A stretch of 64,000 nt of DNA. It comes from Bdellovibrionales bacterium (GTDB lineage Bacteria; Bdellovibrionota; Bdellovibrionia; Bdellovibrionales; Bdellovibrionaceae). The notes under the pieces were generated by a model, which saw nothing but the letters and a program-made list of their open reading frames with translations, was not told where the DNA came from and did no database searches. Numbering within the stretch: position 1 is the stretch's first letter; each line of letters begins with the position of its first letter. Location of the stretch: contig JAFEAQ010000011.1 of NCBI GenBank assembly GCA_018266295.1, positions 593,626-657,625 on the forward strand. The letters run 5' to 3'. The position numbers were made by a program, and so were the translations under genes. This document shows positions 7,887 through 17,330 of the stretch, one piece after another.

Positions 7887-9143
7887 GTGGCACACTCTCA
7901 CTCTCCTGCTCACGCTAAAAATCTTTCTTCTGGCTTAACACTTCTTCTGGGCGCTGCGGTCGGCACGATTGCCGCCAACCTCTACTATGCCCAGCCACTC
8001 GTCGCCCTGATCGCAAAATCACTGAATCTCGACCCGGCGATGGCGGGACTCGTTGTCACGCTCACACAAATAGGTTACGGACTCGGCGTCCTCTTTATTG
8101 TTCCCCTCGGTGACTTGGTTGAAAACCGTAAGCTTATTCTCAGTATGCTAGGGCTTGGGATTCTCGCGATTCTTTCACTGGGCGTTGCGACTCAGCTCAT
8201 TCCCTATTTTGCAGCGGCCTTTGCCGTGGGCCTCGGCGCCTCCTCGGTGCAAATCATCGTCCCCTATGCGGCTCACTTGGCGCCAGAACATGCGCGTGGT
8301 CGTATTGTTGGTAATCTCATGAGCGGCCTTATGCTCGGAATCATGCTGTCGCGCCCGATTGCAAGTTTGCTGACGGATTTATTAAGTTGGCATGCGGTGT
8401 TTTTCTTATCGGCGGCGTTTATGACAGCCCTCGGAGTGGCTCTTTATAAGTTCTTGCCCGAGCGTCACCCGAACTCCGGAGCCCAAAGCTACTCGGCGTT
8501 GATTGCCTCGATGGGACATCTCTTAGTGCGCACGCCGGTGCTTCGCCGTCGCGCGATTTATCAGGCTTGCATGTTCGGAGCGTTCTGCCTGTTCTGGACC
8601 GCAACGCCGTTGCTGCTTTCGGGCCCTGAGTTTCATCTTTCACAAACGGCCATTGCGCTCTTTGCACTCGCCGGAGTTTCTGGCGCGATCGCCGCGCCAT
8701 TTGCGGGCCGCTATGCCGATCGTGGCTTCAGCCGAAGCGTCACCGCCCTTGCGATGATCGGCGGGATCGTCGCCTTTTTACTGACTCGTCTGTTTGAGCC
8801 CGGATCCATGACGGCCCTAGCACTCTTGGTGATTGCGGCGATCCTGCTGGATGCAGGTGTGACGGCAAACTTGGTTCTTGGCCAGCGTGCGATCTTCTCA
8901 CTCAGAGCAAAATACCGTAGCCGCATGAACGGTCTTTATATCGCCACCATCTTCATCGGCGGCGCGATGGGCTCTTACTTCGGCGCCTGGGCGTTCTCCC
9001 GTGGAGGCTGGCCGTTGACAGCTTTTGTTGGCTTGCTTTTTCCACTCAGCGCACTTGTTTATTATGGAACTGAATGGGTTACAGGATTCCAGAAGACATC
9101 CGCGGCCGTGAAAGCACGCCGCGTGTCCATCCCTGAAGCCTAG
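7887..9143 (+). CDS. MFS transporter
   Basis: 418 aa, about 12 predicted hydrophobic helices. GTG start with GAAAGG SD. Divergent from the ArsR regulator. Confidence 0.85.
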   Translation: MAHSHSPAHAKNLSSGLTLLLGAAVGTIAANLYYAQPLVALIAKSLNLDPAMAGLVVTLTQIGYGLGVLFIVPLGDLVENRKLILSMLGLGILAILSLGVATQLIPYFAAAFAVGLGASSVQIIVPYAAHLAPEHARGRIVGNLMSGLMLGIMLSRPIASLLTDLLSWHAVFFLSAAFMTALGVALYKFLPERHPNSGAQSYSALIASMGHLLVRTPVLRRRAIYQACMFGAFCLFWTATPLLLSGPEFHLSQTAIALFALAGVSGAIAAPFAGRYADRGFSRSVTALAMIGGIVAFLLTRLFEPGSMTALALLVIAAILLDAGVTANLVLGQRAIFSLRAKYRSRMNGLYIATIFIGGAMGSYFGAWAFSRGGWPLTAFVGLLFPLSALVYYGTEWVTGFQKTSAAVKARRVSIPEA

Positions 9144-9180
9144 TGACTTGTACATCCCCCAACGGGCGCGCTATCATTGA

Positions 9181-9576
<396 letters not shown>

Positions 9577-9583
9577 AAATATT

Positions 9584-9967
9584 ATGAAACAAAAAATCAC
9601 AGGCTTTCATGTCGATGTTGAAAATCACTGGGTGGCGGAGCTTGAATGCGGTCACAACCAACACATGCGCCATGATCCCCCGTGGATGGAAAGACCTTGG
9701 GTCCTGACACTCGAAGGACGGAATAGCCGCTTGGGTCACGTACTGAACTGTGTCCGCTGCGATGAGATGGCGGACAAAGCCGGCAAAGCCGTTCTCGAAG
9801 CCGCTCGCTCTGCTTTGATGGAGGCTTATGAAGACGGCGGCATGAGTGGCCTCTGCGCCGAAGGCCGCTGGGATTTAGCCCTGGATGCACTGAAGAAACT
9901 CGACCTTAAGACTGTACTAAACAAAGCGCTCAGTTCCGACGAAGACGCAGGCTCGAACAAGTCCTAG
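9584..9967 (+). CDS. DUF3565 domain-containing protein
   Basis: ITGFHVDVENHWVAELECGHNQHMRHDPPW ... LNCVRCD is Cys/His-rich and DUF3565-like. It starts 7 nt after the VOC stop, so it is probably co-transcribed. Confidence 0.6.
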   Translation: MKQKITGFHVDVENHWVAELECGHNQHMRHDPPWMERPWVLTLEGRNSRLGHVLNCVRCDEMADKAGKAVLEAARSALMEAYEDGGMSGLCAEGRWDLALDALKKLDLKTVLNKALSSDEDAGSNKS

Positions 9968-10013
9968 CAGAAATTTTCTTTTCGCTCTCAGTGGGACGCG
10001 CTAACATAAATCC

Positions 10014-10292
10014 ATGACGACAAGATCTATTCGCTTTCAGCCAGATCCTTTAGACCACGCATTGATTGATTTTAATTTCGAGGGAAAAGATTTTTCTCCG
10101 ACAGCCGTTGCCCTCATCCGCAATGAGTCCTACACCGGTTGTTCTTTGGTGATCAACACCAGTCAGACACTCACTCCAGGACAGAAAATCAAAGTCTCGG
10201 TCGGTCGCATCGGCGTTCTTCCCTGCAAGATTGTTTGGGGTAAAGAGCTTGAGCCTTCACTAATTCAAATCGGCGTGCAGTTCTTAGACTAA
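10014..10292 (+). CDS. Small PilZ-like domain protein (putative c-di-GMP binding)
   Basis: 92 aa. NESYTG fits the (D/N)xSxxG PilZ motif. The N-terminal RSIR is not a canonical RxxxR. The stop lies at the outer edge of the IS left inverted repeat. Confidence 0.5.
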   Translation: MTTRSIRFQPDPLDHALIDFNFEGKDFSPTAVALIRNESYTGCSLVINTSQTLTPGQKIKVSVGRIGVLPCKIVWGKELEPSLIQIGVQFLD

Positions 10293-10320
10293 AAAAACTG
10301 GCCCCTTTAAATGTTGATGG
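10293..10320. repeat. IS left terminal inverted repeat
   Basis: aaaaactggcccctttaaatgttgatgg is the exact reverse complement of 11350-11377. Confidence 0.85.
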
Positions 10321-10426
10321 AAAACTACTAGCTCCGAAGGTCTTCCTATATCCTGATACCCGAAGGGCAGCGCAGCTCATCGAGGCACTGCCTCGATCTC
10401 CGCTTCCTGACGGCCATCCAGGCATT

Positions 10427-11359
10427 TTAAATAGTTCGGATTTTATTTATAAGACTTAAATTGTGATAAAGCGCATAGAGCGCAAAATGCAGAGATAATC
10501 TCTCAGGCTTTTTCGTCGTACACCAAGTCCTACGAAATAACCGATTCATATTCGCTCGGGCCATGGCAAAGGAATGATTAAGGCTAAATAGTGGATCAAA
10601 GCCTCCGGCTTTAAGTTCGCCCTGGCCCACGACGCAGCCTCGACGTCCTTTATATGTGACATGTTTACTCATAGGAAAGTGAGATTTAAGATCCCCTCCG
10701 TAATGAGGATTCTGGTCAGACTGAAAAAGTGCATCTCCCTCAGCGAACTCTTTTAATTCACTAAAAAGCTCGTGCCTTGCTTGAGGTCTTTCATCTTTTC
10801 TCGCCCCATATTTTTTACGAGAGACTTTGGCGAGTAAACCCTTTGCTGGCATTTTTGCGACTCTAAATCCCAAGATCCTTCGCGAGTGTTCTTCAACCGC
10901 CATAATTACAGATACTGGCTTACACTTTGAATGTTCAAAGGTCTCTAGGTCATCAAATTGCACCGAGGTGGCTTTGGGGAATTTTCTATTTTGTAAAAGT
11001 AGATAATCATAAGCAAATAGTCCTATGAACAAAAACTTTCTCACAATGGTTTTGCGATTTACACGAAGAACCTTAGCAAGCCGTCGCTGCGAGAGACCAC
11101 TCACGTAGAGTTCGTAAAGAGGTCCGTTTAAATGACGCTTTTTTTGGTAATAACAGCGGCTCAGCTTTGCTTCAGAAAACGTTTTCTTGCAATCAAGGCA
11201 TCGGTAGCGCTGCAGGCGTTTAAGATCACTTTTGCGGGTAAAGTGGCCGAAACAGACGACCGATTTCGGAGAGTCGGACGGATCTTTTAGTTGAGATGTA
11301 CAATAAACACACTGGGGATGCATGAAGAATGGCAAGAGCAAGACTCTTGCCATCAACAT
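10427..11359 (-). CDS. IS1-like transposase (fused zinc-finger/HTH/DDE-type)
   Basis: 310 aa. Recognised features: N-terminal CxxC...QRYRCLDCKKTF zinc finger like InsA; DDLETFEH, SDQNPHYG and NMNRLFRRTWCTTKK blocks resembling IS1 InsB conserved blocks. The third catalytic acidic residue could not be placed confidently. Confidence 0.7.
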   Translation of the reverse strand: MLMARVLLLPFFMHPQCVYCTSQLKDPSDSPKSVVCFGHFTRKSDLKRLQRYRCLDCKKTFSEAKLSRCYYQKKRHLNGPLYELYVSGLSQRRLAKVLRVNRKTIVRKFLFIGLFAYDYLLLQNRKFPKATSVQFDDLETFEHSKCKPVSVIMAVEEHSRRILGFRVAKMPAKGLLAKVSRKKYGARKDERPQARHELFSELKEFAEGDALFQSDQNPHYGGDLKSHFPMSKHVTYKGRRGCVVGQGELKAGGFDPLFSLNHSFAMARANMNRLFRRTWCTTKKPERLSLHFALYALYHNLSLINKIRTI

Positions 11360-11377
11360 TTAAAGGGGCCAGTTTTT
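11350..11377. repeat. IS right terminal inverted repeat (contains the transposase start codon)
   Basis: ccatcaacatttaaaggggccagttttt. ATG 11359-11357 lies inside it. Confidence 0.85.
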
Positions 11378-12218
11378 AGTAGTTACAAATAAAAATCGCC
11401 CCATTGCCGGCAGCACTAGCCGGCGTTTTAAATCCGCCGCCACCACCACCGCCGTAGTTACCGCCGTTGCCGCCGATTCCGTTAGCTGTCGCCGCTCCGT
11501 CGCCGCCACCGCCGCCGCCGCCACCACTACCGAAGACGAGTGAAACATCAATATTAGAACCATTGCCACCGGCTCCGCCATTGCCAGTTCCTGAGCCAGG
11601 CCCTGCCGTACCACCAGCTCCGCCGCCACCACCGCCGGCTCCGCCCGCACCACCCGTGCTGATTCCCCCCGTCGTACCATCACCCCCGGCACCCGTGGGA
11701 CCACCGGCACCGCCGCCGCCTCCGCCCATCCAGAAGACTCCTTGGCCGGCCCCTTTTCCGCCTTTGTATCTCACAGAACTTGTTGATGGTAATGAAGCTG
11801 TATCAGAACCGCCAGCGCCCCCTGCGGTCGATGTGCCATTGGCGCCACCTTTTGCAACCATGATTGCACAATTGAATATGCAGGTATCACGCTTTGAAGC
11901 CGTAGGGTCCCCACCAATACCAATTTGGTATGTGATGGTTCCAGAAAGGCTTGCGCCCATTATTTTTATGTAAGCCCCACCGCCGCCACCGCCGCCGCCT
12001 TCACCGGAAGTTCCGACGCCGCCGGCTCCGCCAGCGCCGATCATCTCTACTTGAAAATTGGTGAGCCAGCCTCCCGGGATGGTCCAAGTGGTTCCGTTTG
12101 TTAGTAGAACCTTATTCACACACACGATCGGTGTTGGAGTGGGGCCTTTCCAAAATGCGAAGGGAATTGTTGCGGCGAGAGCGCTTTCCAGCCACAGTAC
12201 TACGTTCAACAAATTCAT
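11376..12218 (-). CDS. Glycine-rich protein (Gly-rich domain, fibre/adhesin-like)
   Basis: 280 aa. An N-terminal beta-like segment TWTIPGGWLTNFQVEMIGAGGAGG is followed by long GGxGG tracts. The opposite-strand Pro-rich ORF is shorter and lacks start context. Confidence 0.6.
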   Translation of the reverse strand: MNLLNVVLWLESALAATIPFAFWKGPTPTPIVCVNKVLLTNGTTWTIPGGWLTNFQVEMIGAGGAGGVGTSGEGGGGGGGGAYIKIMGASLSGTITYQIGIGGDPTASKRDTCIFNCAIMVAKGGANGTSTAGGAGGSDTASLPSTSSVRYKGGKGAGQGVFWMGGGGGGAGGPTGAGGDGTTGGISTGGAGGAGGGGGGAGGTAGPGSGTGNGGAGGNGSNIDVSLVFGSGGGGGGGGDGAATANGIGGNGGNYGGGGGGGFKTPASAAGNGAIFICNY

Positions 12219-12270
12219 CTTTATATCGTAGCACGCAGGAAAAATGCTTCCATCCTCATAAATTTTTTAT

Positions 12271-12303
12271 CGTTCCCTGTTTTACAAACGTAAAGAGGGA
12301 ACG
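12271..12303. repeat. Hairpin CGTTCCCT-N17-AGGGAACG, copy 1
   Basis: 8-bp perfect stem (9 bp with the flanking t/a) and a 17-nt loop. It lies 14 nt downstream of the vWA stop and 53 nt upstream of the Gly-rich gene start. Same stem and loop length as 13990-14022. Confidence 0.8.
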
Positions 12304-12316
12304 ACCGAAAAATAGA

Positions 12317-13840
12317 CTACTGATTCACGCACGAACGTATTTGCTTGCGAATTCCCTGGACGAAGTTCCAGCGCTTTTGCGCTGCTGGATTGGCTTTCCA
12401 GCTATCGAGATGATCATAAAGAACTTTGGCATACTCTGAGGTCACTAACATTTCTGGCAAGTACGGATTGTTCAAACAGAACAATTGCACGGCCTCTTTG
12501 ATCTCAAGCCCAAAGTAGAATTCGAAATGATCCGAGAATTCCGGAGTGTACCAAAGTCGTTTGAACATCTTCACTCGCAACGAAGGATCTTGAGTGTTTA
12601 ACAACTGATCCAAAGTCTTCTGCTGAGCTGTTGTCGTCGGCGTCTCTGGATAGCGCTCAGGTGTACACGAAGTTAAATGTGTCCAAATCTCAGCCGCCGT
12701 TGGCGCAACGTAAGGCTGCGGATAACTCTTATTGTAGATCGGACAAGCCATCGTCATGATCGCTGCAAGCTTTTTCGCTTTGCCAGAAAGATCCGACTTA
12801 TTCACGCAGTAGTTAATCACAACTGTTGCGCCGGCCGGAATATTCTGTTGAATCGTCACAGTTTGGCCTGACAACACGAAAGGAACTTCCATTCCATTCA
12901 CTGTTACTTTCACAGAAGACGGATCGACTCCATCATGAGTCAAAGTAAATGCCGCATTCGCACTCGAGCCTTCACCCAACACGAGTTTCTGCAACGAAGC
13001 ACCGATCTGGCTCTTATCCAAATCAATCGCCGTGCCCTTGCTGAGTGAAATCATATCTGTATAACCATAACCGATTTCATCGCCATCAGCCGACGGTGCC
13101 GGAGCTTGAGCATGAATAATTCCAGACACAGCTAAAGACTGCGCCCCTTTAAGAGTCTTTAAACGACTTGTAAGACCTTGAGCCGTCAAACCTTCACAGT
13201 CACGAATACGTGCCGCAAGTTTTGCAGGATCGGTCTCTGCAGGAACTCCTGCAGGTGTGATCGCACAAATATCTCGTTGATCGGCAACGAAGATCACGGT
13301 CAAAGAAGCTTCTGCGCGGAACATGCCATCAGCTTGCGAAGCCGCGAGAAGTCCCGGAGTCGTTATGCCGTTAAATAAAGAAAACATTCCCTCTTCACCA
13401 CCGCCTGCGTTGGCATCCTGAGGCAAAGAGCTCAGCTTATGATTCATGAATGTGTTCATCTGTGATGAAGTCAGCATTTTTGATTTCAAAACAGCTGGTT
13501 CGCCCGTGGCTTTAAACATCGCTCCGGACTGAGTAGAAAGACTTCCATGGGCCAGCATCACACCGACATTAATATCGGCACCCACAGGCAGAGAATTCAT
13601 CAGTTGAGAAATGCCGGTTTTTATTCTGCCAAGTTCATCAGTCATTGAATCCGATGTATCGACAACGAAAAGGATATCCATAGGACTCGAACTGCCGACA
13701 GGCACCGTGTAAGTCTCTTGATAGCAGTCGCTACCAACAGTGACACAGGTGTTGGCACTTTTATTACGGGCCTCCACGGGTTGGACTGCGGTCAGCAGAG
13801 TCAGCACAGAAAAAATGGCAAAATTGAACTTCAAATTCAT
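12317..13840 (-). CDS. von Willebrand factor A (vWA) domain secreted protein
   Basis: MIDAS motif DTSDSM in ILFVVDTSDSMTDEL. Preferred ATG is 13840 (GAGG SD, signal peptide MNLKFNFAIFSVLTLLTAVQPVEA). The track ORF extends to 13879. Confidence 0.8.
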   Translation of the reverse strand: MNLKFNFAIFSVLTLLTAVQPVEARNKSANTCVTVGSDCYQETYTVPVGSSSPMDILFVVDTSDSMTDELGRIKTGISQLMNSLPVGADINVGVMLAHGSLSTQSGAMFKATGEPAVLKSKMLTSSQMNTFMNHKLSSLPQDANAGGGEEGMFSLFNGITTPGLLAASQADGMFRAEASLTVIFVADQRDICAITPAGVPAETDPAKLAARIRDCEGLTAQGLTSRLKTLKGAQSLAVSGIIHAQAPAPSADGDEIGYGYTDMISLSKGTAIDLDKSQIGASLQKLVLGEGSSANAAFTLTHDGVDPSSVKVTVNGMEVPFVLSGQTVTIQQNIPAGATVVINYCVNKSDLSGKAKKLAAIMTMACPIYNKSYPQPYVAPTAAEIWTHLTSCTPERYPETPTTTAQQKTLDQLLNTQDPSLRVKMFKRLWYTPEFSDHFEFYFGLEIKEAVQLFCLNNPYLPEMLVTSEYAKVLYDHLDSWKANPAAQKRWNFVQGIRKQIRSCVNQ

Positions 13841-13989
13841 CGGGAACCTCACTTCCATATAAAGCTTGCGACTTACCAAGCAAAGAGGTCGCCACGATGG
13901 CCTTCAATTTAAGGGGTGCTCCCGAGAATTCATTGAATAGCAATTAGACACGAAACCCAAAAGTGTTATCAACGGACAACACTTTTGCC

Positions 13990-14022
13990 CGTTCCCTACA
14001 GAGTGGCCTCGGAGAGGGAACG
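13990..14022. repeat. Hairpin CGTTCCCT-N17-AGGGAACG, copy 2
   Basis: Same 8-bp stem (9 bp as ccgttccct/agggaacgg) and same 17-nt loop length as copy 1. It is preceded by a second hairpin aaaagtgtt/aacactttt at 13959-13986. It lies 22 nt downstream of the lipoprotein stop and 150 nt upstream of the vWA start. Confidence 0.8.
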
Positions 14023-14043
14023 GTATCAAAGATGAAGAAATTC

Positions 14044-14397
14044 TTAGCGAGCAACAGTCGTTCTGCCCTTGCTACATTTGAAGTGCATGTAGACGTATTG
14101 TTCTTGCGACTGTGTAGATGAAGTCGAAATGTGGTTATTAGAGACATTCGAGTTTGAATAAGTTTGTCCGGTGAATTCACGCTGAGAGTTTTCGCCCATC
14201 AATTGAGGACGGCCTGGGCTGCAATAAGCATTCATCTCTTCAACGGCCTTCGCGCGATTTTTATCACCCATGAACCAAGCAGTGCTATAGCGAACGGTCC
14301 CGCCGCGAGTGGGTCTATAGTCTTTTTTAACCATTTCTGCGCATCCAGAAAGAAGCAATAAAGCGACAGGTAATAAGAATTTAAAAGATGTTCTCAT
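14044..14397 (-). CDS. Small lipoprotein, hypothetical
   Basis: Preferred ATG 14397 with AGGAG SD. Lipobox LLLSGC in MRTSFKFLLPVALLLLSGC. Confidence 0.7.
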   Translation of the reverse strand: MRTSFKFLLPVALLLLSGCAEMVKKDYRPTRGGTVRYSTAWFMGDKNRAKAVEEMNAYCSPGRPQLMGENSQREFTGQTYSNSNVSNNHISTSSTQSQEQYVYMHFKCSKGRTTVAR

Positions 14398-14512
14398 AAG
14401 CACTCCTGTTAGATGACTGAACAAGAATGCAAGCCACGGACCGGTTGAGATTAAATAAATCCCAAGCGGCCTAGATCAAAATGAGACACTGACGAATTGG
14501 GGCACGGAGGTG

Positions 14513-15979
14513 CTACATTCCAGACAAAGTCTGAGCGCCGGCTGTCGGCTTCGGCAAGATCGCCTGATAGACCTTATAATTACGGCGCACTAGGCGCACG
14601 TACTCGCGGGTCTCAGTGTAAGGAATCATCTCTACGAAGAGATCGATGTTTTTCGTTTGATAGCGCTTCTGCCACTGGCGAACCGCCGCGGGACCGGCAT
14701 TATAAGCCGCTAAGGCGAGTTCTACAGAACCGAAGTCATTAATCAGCTGAGCGAGGAACTCAGAGCCTGCATGAATATTCACATTCGGATCAACGAGATC
14801 CTTCTGCTTCTTCACGCCGAAGTTCTTCGCAGTCGGATAAATCAGCTGCATTAAACCCGCTGCCCTCGCACGACTACGAGCCATCGGATTAAACGCACTT
14901 TCCTGACGGATCAAAGCTTTCACCAGAACCGGGTCCGTGTTTTTGCTGTTTTCTAAAATTTGATTCCAGTAACGAACCGGGAAAAGCAGATTGGCCACTG
15001 CCGGAGTCGCCATCTCAGGATGTTCGCCGAGGAATTTATGCAGCGTTTGGAATACCGGCAGATCGGCCCCAGCAAAATTCATCATCACCAGCATCGAAGT
15101 CTGAAACGGCACAGGCAAAGCGCGCAATTTATCGTAATTGATTTTGCTTGCCAGATACTGAATCGTCTCCGGCTGGTTCTTTTCATAGAGCTCGACAAAC
15201 GACGCCAGCAATCGGTCCCAGTCTTCAGATCCGCTCTTCGTACCGAGAGTCCAGCGATAACTGCCACGCTCTACATTTTTGGCATCGCCGAGCAAAATCC
15301 CGTAGCCGCCCCACGGATTGCGCTCTGCCACATTCGCCGCACCACCCGAGCAGAAACTGCGCAAGTAATTCAAACGATCACTCACACCACGCTCGACCGT
15401 ATCAGGAAATTTACCAAGATATTCCGTCGCTTTATTACAATCACCTTTTTGAATCGCAAAGACGGCCAGTTTAAACAGGCTTTCCTGGCGCGAGAACGCC
15501 TGGCACACCAAGCCTTTTTCATGCAACGCTTGCGAAGACGCCATCGCCCCTTCTTCTGGGAAATCGATTTCCAAAGTCATCGCCATGGCTTGAGCTTCCA
15601 CCGCTTGACCACAATGGAAGTTCTCACCCTGCAATTGCGTTGCATAGTGCGCACGGCGCGCCGGAGTCCATTCACGGAATTTACGAATAAACGCTGTCAG
15701 AACATTGCGATCTTTAGGAATCGCCTGCGTGATACGCTCGGCACGAATCGCTGTCGGCAATTGCGCCGCAGGATCACGGCCATTCAAGCCGTCATAACTT
15801 TTTGCTGTCACTTGCGTTTTCAAATAGGCCACTGTCGGTGTGGCACCTTGCTGGAGTGCTTGGTCTAACTCCACCGCTCCATCAGATGCGGGGATCAAGA
15901 CGGGAACCGCCGCCGGACGACGTTCTTTGCTGGCACAGGCCGAAACAACCAAAAGCGAAGTGATCAGTATTTTGCGCAT
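14513..15979 (-). CDS. Lytic murein transglycosylase (Slt-type, GH23 SLT domain)
   Basis: 488 aa with a signal/lipobox N-terminus. The C-terminal domain carries RQESAFNP, GLMQL and AYNAGP motifs of soluble lytic transglycosylases. Confidence 0.85.
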   Translation of the reverse strand: MRKILITSLLVVSACASKERRPAAVPVLIPASDGAVELDQALQQGATPTVAYLKTQVTAKSYDGLNGRDPAAQLPTAIRAERITQAIPKDRNVLTAFIRKFREWTPARRAHYATQLQGENFHCGQAVEAQAMAMTLEIDFPEEGAMASSQALHEKGLVCQAFSRQESLFKLAVFAIQKGDCNKATEYLGKFPDTVERGVSDRLNYLRSFCSGGAANVAERNPWGGYGILLGDAKNVERGSYRWTLGTKSGSEDWDRLLASFVELYEKNQPETIQYLASKINYDKLRALPVPFQTSMLVMMNFAGADLPVFQTLHKFLGEHPEMATPAVANLLFPVRYWNQILENSKNTDPVLVKALIRQESAFNPMARSRARAAGLMQLIYPTAKNFGVKKQKDLVDPNVNIHAGSEFLAQLINDFGSVELALAAYNAGPAAVRQWQKRYQTKNIDLFVEMIPYTETREYVRLVRRNYKVYQAILPKPTAGAQTLSGM

Positions 15980-16174
15980 AAATACTTATCGGCAGAATGC
16001 GATTTTCTTTAAGGTTTTACCGACCGTACAACAAGAGGATAACAGTTCTTTTGGCGGCTTCTGCATCACTCAGAGACGGAGTGATCTTTTTCATCATTCC
16101 CGAGATCGAAGACGTGGTCTTCGTCCAGTGGCCTTTAGGCTGGACAGCCCCGGCTGAGGAGAAAAAATCGGAGC

Positions 16175-17320
16175 CTAGGAGAAAAAATCGATGATTTCGT
16201 CTTTTCTTTTCATCGTATCTTCGTAGCCGGCCTCCAGAAGCGTTCTGATGTACTGGGGCTCAAAAGAGAGATAACTCAATAAATCAGTACCACGATCTTC
16301 CTTAAGTCCAATGCCCTTTAGCAGAAATCGCAATGTTGCCGGAAGTTGCGACAATCCAACCTCGGACATTTGACCAATTTCCACGGTGGGCTTCATCACC
16401 AACACTGGAATATTTCGGAGGTGATCCTTGCCCCGACCCAACTCTTCCTCACTCATCAGGGACACGGTCCGGTTGATCCGCGCTAGCCGCGCCAGATCCG
16501 CATCCAGAGCATCGAAAAAAAGACCATTCAAAATAGTTCCGGCGATCTCTCCGATAGTCACGTGACCGACATGCTGATTTTCATTGGTCGACTCGGCACT
16601 CGGACCGCGAATCCCGATCACGAGCAATTTCTCGGCACCCATTCGAACCGCAGCACTCAGAGGCGAATTCAAGCGCACCATGCCGTCGCCATAGTGATAT
16701 TCACCGATTTTTTTCGGCGGAAAAAAGATCGGAATCGATGACGAGGCAATCACATGCTCCGCCTTCAATTCTGCCCGCACACTAATCCGGTTCAGAGTTT
16801 TCCAATCCTCGATGCTCCCATTGCCACCATAGAACGTCACCGATTGGCCTGTCTGATAATTGACGGTGGTCACCGACAGAGCATGCAAGGCGCCCGTTCT
16901 CAAGTGCTCGCGCAAACCGTGATAGTTAATCTTAGACTCGATGAACTTCTGCAAGGGGGCTGTATCTAAAAGATAGTTGATCTGCTTGTGATTTTGGTGA
17001 ACGCCGCCCAGACTGCGGTCTTTAATCCATCGCAAAGCCATGGAGACCACATTGGGAATTTCAGTATTAAAAACTTTTTCTGTGGTCAGGCCAGCCCATT
17101 CATCCCACATACTTTGCACAGCCCGCTCGAAATTTTCAGTCCGGCCGGCAAGCCAAGTCCCGTTAATTGCTCCGGCCGAATAGCCGGAGATCACACGAAA
17201 TGGATTTGTTTCGAAATTCGTAATCGCCGAGATCGCACGCAAGACCCCCACTTGGTAGGCCGCCCGGGCACCACCGCCAGTAAGGACTATTCCTAAGCGT
17301 CGCTTCGTGGGATCTCGCAT
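16175..17320 (-). CDS. Patatin-like phospholipase family protein
   Basis: GGGARAAYQVGVL oxyanion motif and GYSAG (GxSxG) nucleophile elbow. Confidence 0.85.
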   Translation of the reverse strand: MRDPTKRRLGIVLTGGGARAAYQVGVLRAISAITNFETNPFRVISGYSAGAINGTWLAGRTENFERAVQSMWDEWAGLTTEKVFNTEIPNVVSMALRWIKDRSLGGVHQNHKQINYLLDTAPLQKFIESKINYHGLREHLRTGALHALSVTTVNYQTGQSVTFYGGNGSIEDWKTLNRISVRAELKAEHVIASSSIPIFFPPKKIGEYHYGDGMVRLNSPLSAAVRMGAEKLLVIGIRGPSAESTNENQHVGHVTIGEIAGTILNGLFFDALDADLARLARINRTVSLMSEEELGRGKDHLRNIPVLVMKPTVEIGQMSEVGLSQLPATLRFLLKGIGLKEDRGTDLLSYLSFEPQYIRTLLEAGYEDTMKRKDEIIDFFS

Positions 17321-17330
17321 AGAATACGCG

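Larger units (their letters stand above)
10293..11377 (-). mobile_element. IS1-family-like insertion sequence (about 1085 bp, single transposase ORF)
   Basis: Perfect 28-bp terminal inverted repeats enclose one ORF with IS1-like features. The element is AT-rich (a sample line is about 27-30% GC) and wedged exactly between the stops of two convergent genes. Confidence 0.7.

Noticed and set aside
10293-11377. The 28-bp inverted repeats interpreted as a bidirectional terminator
   Set aside because: The arms are more than 1 kb apart and extend 15 nt beyond the GC stem into transposase-proximal sequence. With an IS1-like ORF between them, terminal inverted repeats is the better explanation. The terminator-like outer portion is noted in the IS finding.
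11467-11973. 168-aa proline-rich ORF on the plus strand
   Set aside because: It is the antisense shadow of the GGN-rich codons of the 280-aa glycine-rich ORF. It is shorter, has no SD, and lies wholly inside the longer minus-strand ORF, which is collinear with the vWA gene.
14960-15868. 302-aa plus-strand ORF
   Set aside because: It lies entirely inside the Slt-type transglycosylase gene, which has clear GH23 motifs. Its composition is Arg/His/Gln-rich and non-protein-like.
16157-16190. 14-nt direct repeat aggagaaaaaatcg (two copies, 20-nt period) spanning the patatin stop codon
   Set aside because: It is most simply a small tandem duplication or slippage scar at the 3' end. No hairpin and no recognisable function.
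16175-17320. Patatin-like phospholipase as a CBASS (CapV-type) effector
   Set aside because: There is no CD-NTase/cyclase or other CBASS component adjacent. The neighbours are a peroxiredoxin and a lytic transglycosylase.
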